32,000 nucleotides of DNA from Vibrio alginolyticus NBRC 15630 = ATCC 17749 (GTDB lineage Bacteria > Pseudomonadota > Gammaproteobacteria > Enterobacterales > Vibrionaceae), in NCBI RefSeq assembly GCF_000354175.2, contig NC_022349.1, positions 30,001 to 62,000 on the forward strand, given 5' to 3'. Positions 1 through 8,308 of the stretch are shown piece after piece. A program made the position numbers and the translations under genes. The notes under the pieces were generated by a model. That model did no database searches, was not told the DNA's origin, and was given only the letters and a program-made list of their open reading frames with translations. Positions within the stretch are counted from its first letter, which is position 1, and each line of letters begins with the position of its first letter.

Positions 1-351
1 CACATTATTGCGAGTACAGATTGTGCTGATCCTTATAATCCTAAAACGATCAGTGCGACCATGGGCAGCTTTGGCCGCGTACAAGTGAGTTTGGTGGATT
101 TGCCAAGTTACTTGGAACACGCCAAATTGCCAGTATATGGCGCGTTTTTGGAAGGAGAGAGCGTTCATAAAACGGATTTCGCTGCTGAAGGTATTTTGTT
201 GATGGGCAGCGAATCTCATGGTGTGCGCGAAGCCGCAGCAAAATTCGTGACAGATAAGATCACGATTCCGGCGTTTGGCGGTGCCGAATCACTGAATGTC
301 GCGATGGCGACTGGCATTATTTTAGACAACATGCGCCGCCAACATAGCTAA
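1..351 (+). CDS. SpoU/TrmH-family RNA 2'-O-methyltransferase, C-terminal part (5' end lies outside the window)
   Basis: Frame 1 is open from nt 1 (HIIASTDCADPYNPKTISATMGSF...), so the ORF-track Met at 61 is internal. SpoU-type motifs LLMGSESHGV and IPAFGGAESLNVAMATGIIL are present. A hairpin terminator follows. Confidence 0.8.
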   Translation, partial: HIIASTDCADPYNPKTISATMGSFGRVQVSLVDLPSYLEHAKLPVYGAFLEGESVHKTDFAAEGILLMGSESHGVREAAAKFVTDKITIPAFGGAESLNVAMATGIILDNMRRQHS

Positions 352-370
352 TGCAACAATTACTTAATAA

Positions 371-406
371 CAAAGCCAGTCTATTTGACTGGCTTTGTTG
401 TATTTT
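371..406 (+). terminator. Rho-independent terminator after the methyltransferase gene
   Basis: Perfect 11-bp stem CAAAGCCAGTC (371-381) / GACTGGCTTTG (387-397) with a 5-nt loop, followed by the T-rich TTGTATTTT. Confidence 0.8.
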
Positions 407-596
407 GCCTAGAAAAATCAGCCTGGCTGAATCTTGCGTTTAACGAAATACAGTGAATGTTGTTCGGTGAGTTAATTTTGTTTTAGTTCAATAGGCTGTG
501 CCTATAAATAAAATTACTCCTTTCCATTTAGTAAAATCAGGAAATTAGGCGACACTTATCTAAAGGCCGCAATAAAATGCCCTTAAGGAGATAAGA

Positions 597-1016
597 ATGC
601 ATTCATTAAAAGTAAAAGATTACATGACGTTGCAAGCGGTGACTTTCACGAAAGATATGTCACTTTCGGCAGCTTTAAACAAAGTAATGCAAAGTGTCAC
701 ACTAGGTGGCCCTGTCATTGATGAAAATGAAAAAGTGGTTGGGTTTTTATCGGAGCAAGACTTATTAGATAAGTTGGTGAAAGCAAGTTATCACTGCCAA
801 GATACACATACGGTACAAGAGTGTATGCATGATGATGTCTTATCTGTTTCTCCAGAAATGTCAGTAATTGAACTGGCTGACATGATGAAAGTTGGAAAGC
901 CGAAAATGTATCCAGTGGTGGATGGCAAAGGTAAGTTGGTTGGTGTTATCACAAGAAGAGACGTGCTGCGTGCCATAGGAATGACATTAAATGAGTGTTT
1001 TAAGCATCCCGTTTAA
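597..1016 (+). CDS. CBS-pair domain protein (139 aa), ligand and function unknown
   Basis: RBS AAGGAG lies 7 nt upstream of the ATG. Two CBS-like repeats are present (PVIDENEKVVGFLSEQDLL and YPVVDGKGKLVGVITRRDVL). It has its own terminator downstream. Confidence 0.8.
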   Translation: MHSLKVKDYMTLQAVTFTKDMSLSAALNKVMQSVTLGGPVIDENEKVVGFLSEQDLLDKLVKASYHCQDTHTVQECMHDDVLSVSPEMSVIELADMMKVGKPKMYPVVDGKGKLVGVITRRDVLRAIGMTLNECFKHPV

Positions 1017-1062
1017 CCTCTCTGTTTAAACTTTACGGAATATTGCTTTTAAACTGGTTTGG

Positions 1063-1090
1063 AAAGACGCTTCGGCGTCTTTTTTATTTT
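1063..1090 (+). terminator. Rho-independent terminator after the CBS gene
   Basis: AAAGACGC-TTCG-GCGTCTTT hairpin with a TTCG tetraloop (1071-1074), followed by TTTTTATTTT. Confidence 0.85.
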
Positions 1091-1116
1091 CTATCGCCGA
1101 ACTGTACAAATTTATC

Positions 1117-1148
1117 TTGACCTTGGAGCTTACTCTAAGGTTTATCCT
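1117..1148 (+). promoter_or_regulatory. MerR/ZntR-type metal-responsive promoter of zntA
   Basis: -35 TTGACC (1117-1122) and -10 TATCCT (1143-1148) are separated by an over-long 20-bp spacer. The spacer carries the dyad ACCTTGGAG-CTTA-CTCTAAGGT (1120-1141, 8/9 symmetric). The layout parallels my memory of E. coli PzntA (TTGACT-CTGGAGTCGACTCCAGAG-TGTATCCT). Confidence 0.75.
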
Positions 1149-1188
1149 TAGCAATAGGTAAATCACCGATACCAATAAGGAAAAAATT

Positions 1189-3495
1189 ATGTGTACAAAA
1201 CATCAAGGTTGCCAATCTAGCAAAATCAAAACTGCGGTGCCGCTTGGTGCAAGCGAGTCATGCTGTGCGCCAGTAAAATCTTCGCTCAATATCTCTCAGG
1301 CCAGTGTTGATGTTTCTGAAAGCTCTTGCTGTAGTGGAGGAGGCTGCAGCGTTGACACAGGCGAGGAAGACGATCCCACAAGGGAGAGTAATTCCTCCGT
1401 TCGGAACGCTTGGCTTGTGTCAGGTATGGATTGCCCATCTTGTGCGCAAAAGCTTGAGAAAGCCATTACGTCTTTACAAGGCGTCAGCCAAGCCAAGGTT
1501 TTGTTTGCAACAGAAAAACTGGTCGTCGATTTTGATGGTCTAGAGCTGATAGCTACGATAGAGCAGACAGCCCAAAAAACGGGTTTCCCGCTCTCTTCAC
1601 TTGATGCTCCAAAACCAAGCACTACAAAGAAAGGCTGGCTTGGCGTCATAAGAGACAACATCCAAATTCTCTCGATTGCTGGTGCAATGGCTACTGCGGC
1701 AGTAATTTCTAAGATCGACCCTCAAATAAGCGCTTGGTTATTCACTTTGACGTGTTTACTTGGTTTATACCCAATCGCGCTCAAAGCATTTAAGTTGGCG
1801 CGTAGCGGTACGCCTTTTGCGATTGAAACGTTAATGAGTGTAGCGGCGCTCGGCGCTTTATATTTAGGTGAAACCGCCGAAGCCGCAATGGTGTTATTGC
1901 TTTTCCTTATTGGTGAAAAGTTAGAAGCATATGCATCATCTCGCGCGCGAAGCGGTGTCCAGGCGTTAATGGACTTAGTCCCAGAAAATTCAATTTTAAT
2001 TATTGATGGTGAACGCAAAGAAGTACCAGCTGCGCAGCTTAAACCAGGGGATATCATAGAAGTCGCACCCGGAGGTCGTTTGCCTGCCGACGGTGTTTTG
2101 CAAGATGCGCTTGCGAGTTTTGACGAAAGTGCGTTAACGGGAGAATCTGTTCCCGTTGAACATCAAACCGGTGGCAAAGTGATGGCCGGGGCTGTGGTTG
2201 TCGATAAAGTGGTTCGTTTACAGGTGACTTCCCGTCAGGGCGAGAATGCGATAGATCGAATTCTTCATTTGATTGAAGAAGCAGAATCCCGTAAGGCACC
2301 ATTAGAACGCTTTCTTGATAAATTTAGCCGTTGGTATACGCCACTAATGATGTTGGTGTCTCTGATGGTTATCGTTACGCCGCCATTACTATTTGCCCAA
2401 CCGTGGGAAACGTGGATCTATCGAGGACTCGCCCTGCTGTTGATTGCTTGTCCATGTGCATTAGTCATTTCAACGCCTGCGGCGATCACTTCTGGCTTGG
2501 CGGCAGCGGCTAAGCGGGGCGCATTGATCAAAGGTGGAGCGGCGCTTGAGTTGCTTGGCAAGGTTGAGTCTGTCGCATTTGATAAAACTGGGACACTGAC
2601 GCAAGGTAAACCAGAAGTGACCGACGTCTTTGCTTTTGATATGGATGAAGACAAGTTACTTAGCCTAACTGCGTCAATCGAGGTTGGTTCAAGTCATCCT
2701 CTAGCGGTTTCTTTAGTTACCAAAGTGCAAGAGCAGGGGCTTACTATTCCTGAAGCGTTGGATAAAACCGCGCAAGTAGGCTCTGGTGTCACTGGTTACG
2801 TCGATGGAAAAATGGTCCAAGTGGTCACGCCTTCAAAGGCAGACTTTCCACTTTCTCAAGAAGCCAAAGAGCAAGTGGTTACGTTGGAACAACAAGGTAA
2901 AACGGTTGTCATTGTTCGTTACGATGACGAGGTCATTGGCGTGATCGCATGGCAAGATACATTGCGCTCAGATGCCCAGCAAGCCATCGCAATGTTGAAG
3001 GAACTTGGGGTCACGTCGGTGATGCTAACGGGTGACAACCCGAGAAGTGCAGAAGCAATGGCAAATAGAATAGGCTTGGATTATAAAGCGAGTTTGTTAC
3101 CTGCAGACAAGGTGCATTACGTCGAGAAACTATCACAACAACATACCGTTGCGATGGTGGGAGACGGTATCAATGATGCTCCAGCCATGAAAGCTTCGAG
3201 CATTGGTATTGCGATGGGAGGCGGTACGGATGTTGCGCTCGAGACTGCTGATGCGGCGTTAACACACAACCGGTTGATTGAGCTACCTGCCATGATAGAA
3301 CTGTCGCGTGCGACGCTAAGTAACATTCGTCAGAATGTCGCGTTAGCGCTAGGTTTGAAAGGTGTATTCTTAGTGACAAGTTTACTTGGTGTTACTGGGT
3401 TGTGGGTTGCTGTATTAGCCGACAGTGGTGCAACAGCACTGGTGACATTGAATGCGTTGAGATTACTTCGTTTTGAGTCCAAGCAGATTAAATAA
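1189..3495 (+). CDS. zntA: Zn(II)/Cd(II)/Pb(II)-translocating P1B-type ATPase
   Basis: 768 aa. Has an HMA motif GMDCPSC, the transmembrane CPC motif (LLIACPCALVISTP), the phosphorylation site DKTGTLT, the hinge GDGINDAPA and an HP dipeptide (SSHPLA). The N-terminal leader is Cys-rich (CCAP, CCSGGGC). The promoter is ZntR-type. Confidence 0.9.
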   Translation: MCTKHQGCQSSKIKTAVPLGASESCCAPVKSSLNISQASVDVSESSCCSGGGCSVDTGEEDDPTRESNSSVRNAWLVSGMDCPSCAQKLEKAITSLQGVSQAKVLFATEKLVVDFDGLELIATIEQTAQKTGFPLSSLDAPKPSTTKKGWLGVIRDNIQILSIAGAMATAAVISKIDPQISAWLFTLTCLLGLYPIALKAFKLARSGTPFAIETLMSVAALGALYLGETAEAAMVLLLFLIGEKLEAYASSRARSGVQALMDLVPENSILIIDGERKEVPAAQLKPGDIIEVAPGGRLPADGVLQDALASFDESALTGESVPVEHQTGGKVMAGAVVVDKVVRLQVTSRQGENAIDRILHLIEEAESRKAPLERFLDKFSRWYTPLMMLVSLMVIVTPPLLFAQPWETWIYRGLALLLIACPCALVISTPAAITSGLAAAAKRGALIKGGAALELLGKVESVAFDKTGTLTQGKPEVTDVFAFDMDEDKLLSLTASIEVGSSHPLAVSLVTKVQEQGLTIPEALDKTAQVGSGVTGYVDGKMVQVVTPSKADFPLSQEAKEQVVTLEQQGKTVVIVRYDDEVIGVIAWQDTLRSDAQQAIAMLKELGVTSVMLTGDNPRSAEAMANRIGLDYKASLLPADKVHYVEKLSQQHTVAMVGDGINDAPAMKASSIGIAMGGGTDVALETADAALTHNRLIELPAMIELSRATLSNIRQNVALALGLKGVFLVTSLLGVTGLWVAVLADSGATALVTLNALRLLRFESKQIK

Positions 3496-3525
3496 CTGAC
3501 CTAACCATTGATCCCACTCATTAAT

Positions 3526-3557
3526 AGCCCGAGGCATTCGTGTATCGGGCTTTTTTT
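3526..3557 (+). terminator. Rho-independent terminator after zntA
   Basis: Stem AGCCCGA (3526-3532) / TCGGGCT (3545-3551) followed by a T7 run. Confidence 0.8.
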
Positions 3558-3646
3558 AACCGTATTCACCTGATGCGATCAGACGTTTTTCTCGTCCTTG
3601 AAATCACGCATTGCTATGCAACAAAATGATCTAATGCCCCTTAAAG

Positions 3647-3662
3647 TGTGATCAATACCAGT
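3647..3662 (+). promoter_or_regulatory. Distal CRP half-site upstream of udp
   Basis: TGTGA-TCAATA-CCAGT: the left half is perfect and the right half is poor. Its centre lies 52 bp upstream of the proximal CRP site, the spacing typical of CytR/CRP nucleoside promoters. Confidence 0.45.
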
Positions 3663-3698
3663 TTTGTTTGAAATTTCATTTTCATTACATTTTGTCAT

Positions 3699-3714
3699 TG
3701 TGATTGTGATCACT
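3699..3714 (+). promoter_or_regulatory. Proximal CRP site of the udp promoter (class II position inferred)
   Basis: TGTGA-TTGTGA-TCACT gives a 9/10 core match to TGTGA-N6-TCACA. A candidate -10 TACAGT at 3736-3741 would place the site centre near -41.5. Confidence 0.7.
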
Positions 3715-3809
3715 CTATGTTGGTGAAAGGTTCGCTACAGTGCATCTGTACCCAATAACTGATTAATGAGCTTATTGTTCATAAAATAAGCCACAATAAG
3801 GAGCGACTT

Positions 3810-4568
3810 ATGTCTCAAGCTGTATTCCATTTAGGTATTACTGAAGCTGATCTTAATGGTGCGACTCTAGCGATCATTCCTGGTGACCCAGCGCGTGTTC
3901 AAAAAATCGCAGAACAAATGGAAAATCCAGTATTTCTAGCAAGCCATCGTGAATACACGCTATACCGTGCAGAGCTAGACGGTAAACCTGTTGTGGTTTG
4001 TTCTACAGGTATTGGTGGTCCTTCTACCTCTATCGCAGTTGAGGAATTGGCACAGCTTGGTGTTCGCACTTTCCTACGTGTTGGTACAACGGGTGCAATT
4101 CAACCGCATGTAAACGTGGGTGACATGATCGTAACGACGGGGTCAGTTCGTCTTGACGGTGCGAGCCTACACTTTGCTCCTATGGAATTCCCAGCAGTTG
4201 CTGACTTTGAAGTAGCAACCGCAATGAAAGCAGCGGTAGAAGAGTCTGGCGCTACGGTTCACATGGGTGTGACTGCATCAAGCGACACGTTCTACCCTGG
4301 TCAAGAACGTTACGATACGTTCTCTGGTCGTGTTGTTAAGCGTTTCCAAGGCTCTATGCAAGAATGGCAAGACATGGGCGTACTTAACTTCGAGATGGAG
4401 TCTGCAACACTGCTAACAATGTGTGCGAGCTCTGGTTTAAAAGCGGGTTGTGTGGCTGGTGTTATCATCAACCGTACACAAAAAGAGATTCCAGATCATT
4501 CAACTCTGAAAGAAACGGAAGCGCGTTCAATTAAAGTGGTTGTAGAAGCAGCGCGTAAAATGCTTTAA
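3810..4568 (+). CDS. udp: Uridine phosphorylase
   Basis: 252 aa, near-colinear with E. coli Udp as I remember it (GDPx[39 protein letters not shown]). RBS AAGGAG is present. Confidence 0.95.
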   Translation: MSQAVFHLGITEADLNGATLAIIPGDPARVQKIAEQMENPVFLASHREYTLYRAELDGKPVVVCSTGIGGPSTSIAVEELAQLGVRTFLRVGTTGAIQPHVNVGDMIVTTGSVRLDGASLHFAPMEFPAVADFEVATAMKAAVEESGATVHMGVTASSDTFYPGQERYDTFSGRVVKRFQGSMQEWQDMGVLNFEMESATLLTMCASSGLKAGCVAGVIINRTQKEIPDHSTLKETEARSIKVVVEAARKML

Positions 4569-4597
4569 GCCGCTATAGTTGGCATTTAAACAAACAG

Positions 4598-4628
4598 AAA
4601 AAACCAGAGGCTAACCTCTGGTTTTTTT
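4598..4628. terminator. Bidirectional hairpin terminator (serves udp)
   Basis: A6 run, then CCAGAGG-CTAA-CCTCTGG, then a T7 run. Confidence 0.85.
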
Positions 4629-4665
4629 CTACTTATAGAAATGCGTACTGCTAAAATTTAGGTAT

Positions 4666-4692
4666 GAAAAAGCAGCATTAATGCTGCTTTTT
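4666..4692. terminator. Bidirectional hairpin terminator (serves the minus-strand CARF-nuclease gene)
   Basis: Perfect 18-nt palindrome AGCAGCATTAATGCTGCT (4671-4688) flanked by A5 and T5. It lies about 30 nt past the stop codon at 4724. Confidence 0.8.
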
Positions 4693-4723
4693 ATCGTTGT
4701 GAATTTTAGCTTTCTTAATGGCA

Positions 4724-5884
4724 CTAGATCTCGTCTGAACCGCCCGCGTCTTTAAACCAAGCAGTTAAGTGCGTTCTTAAATCTTTAAGCTCATCAGGGC
4801 CAATCAGGGCTAGCCCTAAGTCTTCAGCACGAGTAATGTCATTGTGACGAAGAGGACGGAAGCTCACCAACATTGCGCGCGCTTGTAAGCCACCTAATAG
4901 ATCGCGAAGCGATTCTAACTTATATAAAGTATCGTCGCCGTCATCTCTCATGCCTTTGGTTTTGCACTCGATGATGTGCAGCTTGTTGTTTACAACTGTT
5001 GCGACATCTAACTCGTTGCGTACTTCACTTTCACCAAGTTTGCGATAAACCTGAACATTTAACGATCGATCTTGGATCGTTGGCATGGTGTCTTGGATTT
5101 GTTTCACAGTGCTGTGAACCAAAGTCTCTAACCACTCACCGTTTGAAAAGCGTCGAGCATCTTCATCTGCAAACGTTAAAATGCCATTCTCATAGGTGGC
5201 GATTTCTGCTTCTACTAAATCTGAAAGCAACATGTTGAGCTCACGGTAGCCCTGCTGTTTTTCGGAGAGCTCGACATCAAGCTTTTGTTCTTTGCGGCAT
5301 GTGGTTGCAAGGTAGTTAAGTGTTGCTAGACCTGGCCCAAGCTCAAGCGCATTTGAGGCCCATCGTTCACCAAGTTCATACAATTTTTTATCAAGAAGAG
5401 GTGGTAAATCAACGTGGTGAAACTCGCCGCGTGCACCAAAGATAGTGAGGTAATCTGCAATCGTAATGTGATCTTCGACTTGGGTATCTTCTTTGCCATC
5501 AGGGTATAACCAACAAAGCTTATCGCTACTAGGCTCTACCACAAAAATTGGCCAGCGATAGGTACGGAAAACTTCGTACACCGACAACAAGCGATGACGA
5601 AGACCACAGCTCGCGTTCAATTTTACATCTTCGCCGCGTTCATGGAGGTCTTTTGCCAGTTTTTGAATTGCTTGTTTGATCAGAGATGTATTAACAGCGG
5701 ATGGAATTTCAAAAAATTCAGAAGTAATTTCTCGTTGATCTAAAACGGCACTCAGTCGGTCAAATATATCTAACTGGCTCTTGTCTCCGATGAAGACGAT
5801 ATGTGTGCTTAGCGTACGATTATCTAATAGAGGAGTGACCAATCTCACTGGGTCTTGGTCGATAATACCAACATGAACAGCCAT
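4724..5884 (-). CDS. Card1/Can2-like CARF-domain plus PD-(D/E)xK nuclease protein (DUF1887-type), orphan
   Basis: 386 aa with RBS AAGGA upstream. The N-terminal Rossmann-like part carries N90-A-S-C-G-L-R96, which matches the CARF signature [DN]-x-[ST]-x3-[RK]. The C-terminal part has E250/E253 and then D293-x12-E306-C-K308 (ELDVATVVNNKLHIIECKTK), a PD-(D/E)xK motif. From memory it resembles the V. cholerae VC1899 family used as a CARF exemplar; this is unverified. Confidence 0.7.
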   Translation of the reverse strand: MAVHVGIIDQDPVRLVTPLLDNRTLSTHIVFIGDKSQLDIFDRLSAVLDQREITSEFFEIPSAVNTSLIKQAIQKLAKDLHERGEDVKLNASCGLRHRLLSVYEVFRTYRWPIFVVEPSSDKLCWLYPDGKEDTQVEDHITIADYLTIFGARGEFHHVDLPPLLDKKLYELGERWASNALELGPGLATLNYLATTCRKEQKLDVELSEKQQGYRELNMLLSDLVEAEIATYENGILTFADEDARRFSNGEWLETLVHSTVKQIQDTMPTIQDRSLNVQVYRKLGESEVRNELDVATVVNNKLHIIECKTKGMRDDGDDTLYKLESLRDLLGGLQARAMLVSFRPLRHNDITRAEDLGLALIGPDELKDLRTHLTAWFKDAGGSDEI

Positions 5885-5967
5885 AGATTTTCCTTTTTAT
5901 GAGGCCGCTCGAAAAGAGTTGTGCAAGGGGATGAGCTGGCCTTATTAATCATATGTAGACATGGCCG

Positions 5968-6004
5968 ACAAAAAACAAGGGCGACTTAACAAAAAGTCGC
6001 CCTT
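5968..6004 (-). terminator. Rho-independent terminator after the MCP gene
   Basis: On the minus strand: GGGCGACT, an 8-nt loop, AGTCGCCC (5979-6002), then TTGTTTTTTGT. Confidence 0.8.
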
Positions 6005-6047
6005 ATACAGTTGATTGCACTAATTAATGCTCTTAATTATAAAGTAT

Positions 6048-8039
6048 TTATAACTTAAAGCGATGGACCAATTCATTTTGCTGATGAGCCAAGTGGGTCA
6101 GTGATTCACTGGTTTGTGCGATACTCGACATGGCTTGGAAACTTTCATCGGCGATGCTGTTAATATCTTCAATGCTGCGAGCAATGTCTGTTGATGTTTC
6201 ACTTTGCTCTGCTGCTGCTTGTGAAATGTGCGTACTCATTTGGCTGATCTCAATGATTAGCGCCTGGATCTCTTCCATTGAGCTGTTCGCTTTTGACGCT
6301 TGCTCAACCGACATCTCCATATCGCTCATACAGCTTTGTATGACTTGGTTTGCCGATTGTGAGCTGGATTGCAGATTACTGATCATAGATTCAATTTCAG
6401 TGGTTGATTGAGTCGTTCTTGATGCGAGTACTCGTACTTCATCTGCCACTACCGCGAAGCCGCGACCTTGTTCACCAGCGCGAGCCGCTTCAATTGCCGC
6501 GTTCAATGCCAGTAGGTTGGTTTGCTCCGCAATGTTGCGGATCACATCAAGGATAGATCCAATTTGACCACTCATCTTTTGTAGCTCAGAAACTGCGGAG
6601 ACCGATTCGTTCAAACGTGTTTCTAGTTGATTAATGGTTGAGATGTTACTGCTCATAACATTTCTGCCTTCTTCAGAGGCAGATTCGACGCGTTGCACCA
6701 TTTCTAGCGAGCCTTGCGCACTTTGCGCGACTTCCTGCACTGAATGAGACATTTCTGTCATCGCGGTAGCGACGTTTGCCGTTTGTTCGCGTTGAGAGCT
6801 CAATTTAATTTGTGCTTGCGAAGAGGTGCGTTCGTTGGCTGTCGCGGTTGACGATAGGTTTTCTGACGCTTCGTTGAGTTTCACCAAGATCTCGTGAAGG
6901 TTGTCGGCGAGTGAGTTAATGTGTCCACTCACACGGCTGAATTCGTTGTTATAGCGAATATCGATACGCTGTGTCATATCACCTTCAGTCAGGCCTTCTA
7001 ACACTTTTAGAATACGAGTCAACGGTTCGCGAACGCTTTGTGCGATGTGGTAGCCAATCGCTGTCGCGAGTAAAACGACAATAACGCCAATGATGATGGC
7101 TTTCGTTACACCCGCCGAATATATGTCACCTGCATCTGCCAATGATTCATTGAGCTTATCTGTTGCGGTTGTCGTGAATTGCTCAAGAATCGCCATGGTT
7201 GAATCCACTTTATTTGCTAGGTTGGCGATATTGTTATACAAAGCGGCGCGAGCATTGAGGTAATTATTATGTTGGTCTAACACACCGCCACGCATACCAA
7301 CGTCGCGAGTAAATTGCTCTACAGATTCGCCAAATGCTTTTTCTAGCTCAGGAAGTTGAGTCACCAACCCGCGGAATGCGTAATTCAAGTGCGTTACTGC
7401 TTTGCGGTTTTTAGCTACGGCTTGCGTAACAAACTCAGGGTTGGAACTGGCGAGGGCATCAGAGGTAATTACTTCGGCATCTTTTAACTTGATAAAGTAG
7501 CTCTTTGCCATGACTTTGACAGAAATGCTGGTTTGATCTGCCACATATTCTTTAAGACCAACCGACAGTTCGGTATTCAGTTTTTGGAAGCGGCGTGAGG
7601 ATTTTTGCACTTCTTCTTGAGCCGCGAACATTGCTTCGTAGTTGTCCATGGCCTCTAGAGCTTCTGTAAAATAGCTCTGCTCTAACGTTTTTAACTGTGA
7701 AAACGGTTCGGCAAGAGAAGGGTAGATTTGGCTTGCGGTTTTCAGTTGAGCCAATGTGGATTCGAAGCGCTGTTGAGATCTAGCAAATTCCTGACGCATT
7801 TCATCCATGCGTTGTTTATTCTCTGTCGTCAGGAAGTCTTTAAATGATTTGTCGGCAGAAAGCAGCTCAACACTGGTTTGATTAGATAACGATACCAACG
7901 GTAGGGATGATTTAGAAACCGTGCTAAATTTTCCGTGAATATCACTCATTCCTCCCATCATAATGGCAATTGTGACGGCAAATAGGATGATGATCAGTGC
8001 AAAGCCGGCATACATCCTTTTAATAACTGAACCTCGCAT
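6048..8039 (-). CDS. Methyl-accepting chemotaxis protein with a roughly 280-aa helical periplasmic sensor
   Basis: Start moved from the track's TTG (8078) to the ATG at 8039, which is preceded by GGGAGAGGAAG. It has two TM segments, a HAMP region and the conserved signalling hairpin [35 protein letters not shown]. Confidence 0.9.
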   Translation of the reverse strand: MRGSVIKRMYAGFALIIILFAVTIAIMMGGMSDIHGKFSTVSKSSLPLVSLSNQTSVELLSADKSFKDFLTTENKQRMDEMRQEFARSQQRFESTLAQLKTASQIYPSLAEPFSQLKTLEQSYFTEALEAMDNYEAMFAAQEEVQKSSRRFQKLNTELSVGLKEYVADQTSISVKVMAKSYFIKLKDAEVITSDALASSNPEFVTQAVAKNRKAVTHLNYAFRGLVTQLPELEKAFGESVEQFTRDVGMRGGVLDQHNNYLNARAALYNNIANLANKVDSTMAILEQFTTTATDKLNESLADAGDIYSAGVTKAIIIGVIVVLLATAIGYHIAQSVREPLTRILKVLEGLTEGDMTQRIDIRYNNEFSRVSGHINSLADNLHEILVKLNEASENLSSTATANERTSSQAQIKLSSQREQTANVATAMTEMSHSVQEVAQSAQGSLEMVQRVESASEEGRNVMSSNISTINQLETRLNESVSAVSELQKMSGQIGSILDVIRNIAEQTNLLALNAAIEAARAGEQGRGFAVVADEVRVLASRTTQSTTEIESMISNLQSSSQSANQVIQSCMSDMEMSVEQASKANSSMEEIQALIIEISQMSTHISQAAAEQSETSTDIARSIEDINSIADESFQAMSSIAQTSESLTHLAHQQNELVHRFKL

Positions 8040-8072
8040 AAGTGAGCTTCCTCTCCCAAAAATAGACAAGCT

Positions 8073-8100
8073 ACCCAAGTATTTTTGAATTTACTTGGGT
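8073..8100. repeat. Perfect 9-bp inverted repeat in the MCP 5' region
   Basis: ACCCAAGTA (8073-8081), a 10-nt spacer, then TACTTGGGT (8092-8100), 34-61 nt upstream of the MCP ATG. Function unknown: it could be an operator or a 5'-UTR hairpin. Confidence 0.5.
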
Positions 8101-8308
8101 ATAAAAATAATAATTGTCTTAAAAAAGTAACAAAATTCATTGGATTGTATTCAGTTTGTGACGCGCATTTTATGACGCACACGACAAAAAAAGCCTCGTT
8201 AATTAGCATTTGATTAATAATGTTAAGTGAACACTGTTTTTATTGAGCTCCGCTTTTGGTTGGCGCATACTAATTGGGGTCTAATTACGTTTATAAAATG
8301 GAGTCCTC

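Noticed and set aside
1296-3379. Multiple 60-121-aa ORFs, antisense or out of frame, inside zntA (for example 1296-1661 minus, 1722-2057 minus, 2418-2654 minus, 3117-3326 minus).
   Set aside because: They lie entirely within a well-supported, motif-rich ATPase gene. They have no RBS and low-complexity or odd composition, which is typical of shadow ORFs.
4569-4723. Two tandem palindromic terminators between udp and the CARF-nuclease gene, considered as a possible tiny sRNA locus.
   Set aside because: The genes are convergent, so one terminator per gene explains both hairpins. No promoter-like element lies between them.
8040-8078. ORF-track N-terminal extension of the MCP (TTG at 8078). The same kind of extension occurs for csiV (16116), the plzB-like gene (20163), lolC (20359), lolD (21494), thiK (11185) and the DUF2062 gene (24313).
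   Set aside because: The extensions begin at non-ATG codons without an RBS, create long overlaps with neighbours, or precede obvious signal peptides or conserved N-termini. Downstream ATG or GTG starts with an RBS fit the E. coli homologs better.
8160-8190. TGTGACGCGCATTTTATGACGCACACG in the MCP/hinT divergent region, considered as a CRP site or an inverted repeat.
   Set aside because: It is a direct repeat of GACGC(G/A)CA rather than a dyad, and the right half does not match TCACA at the required spacing.
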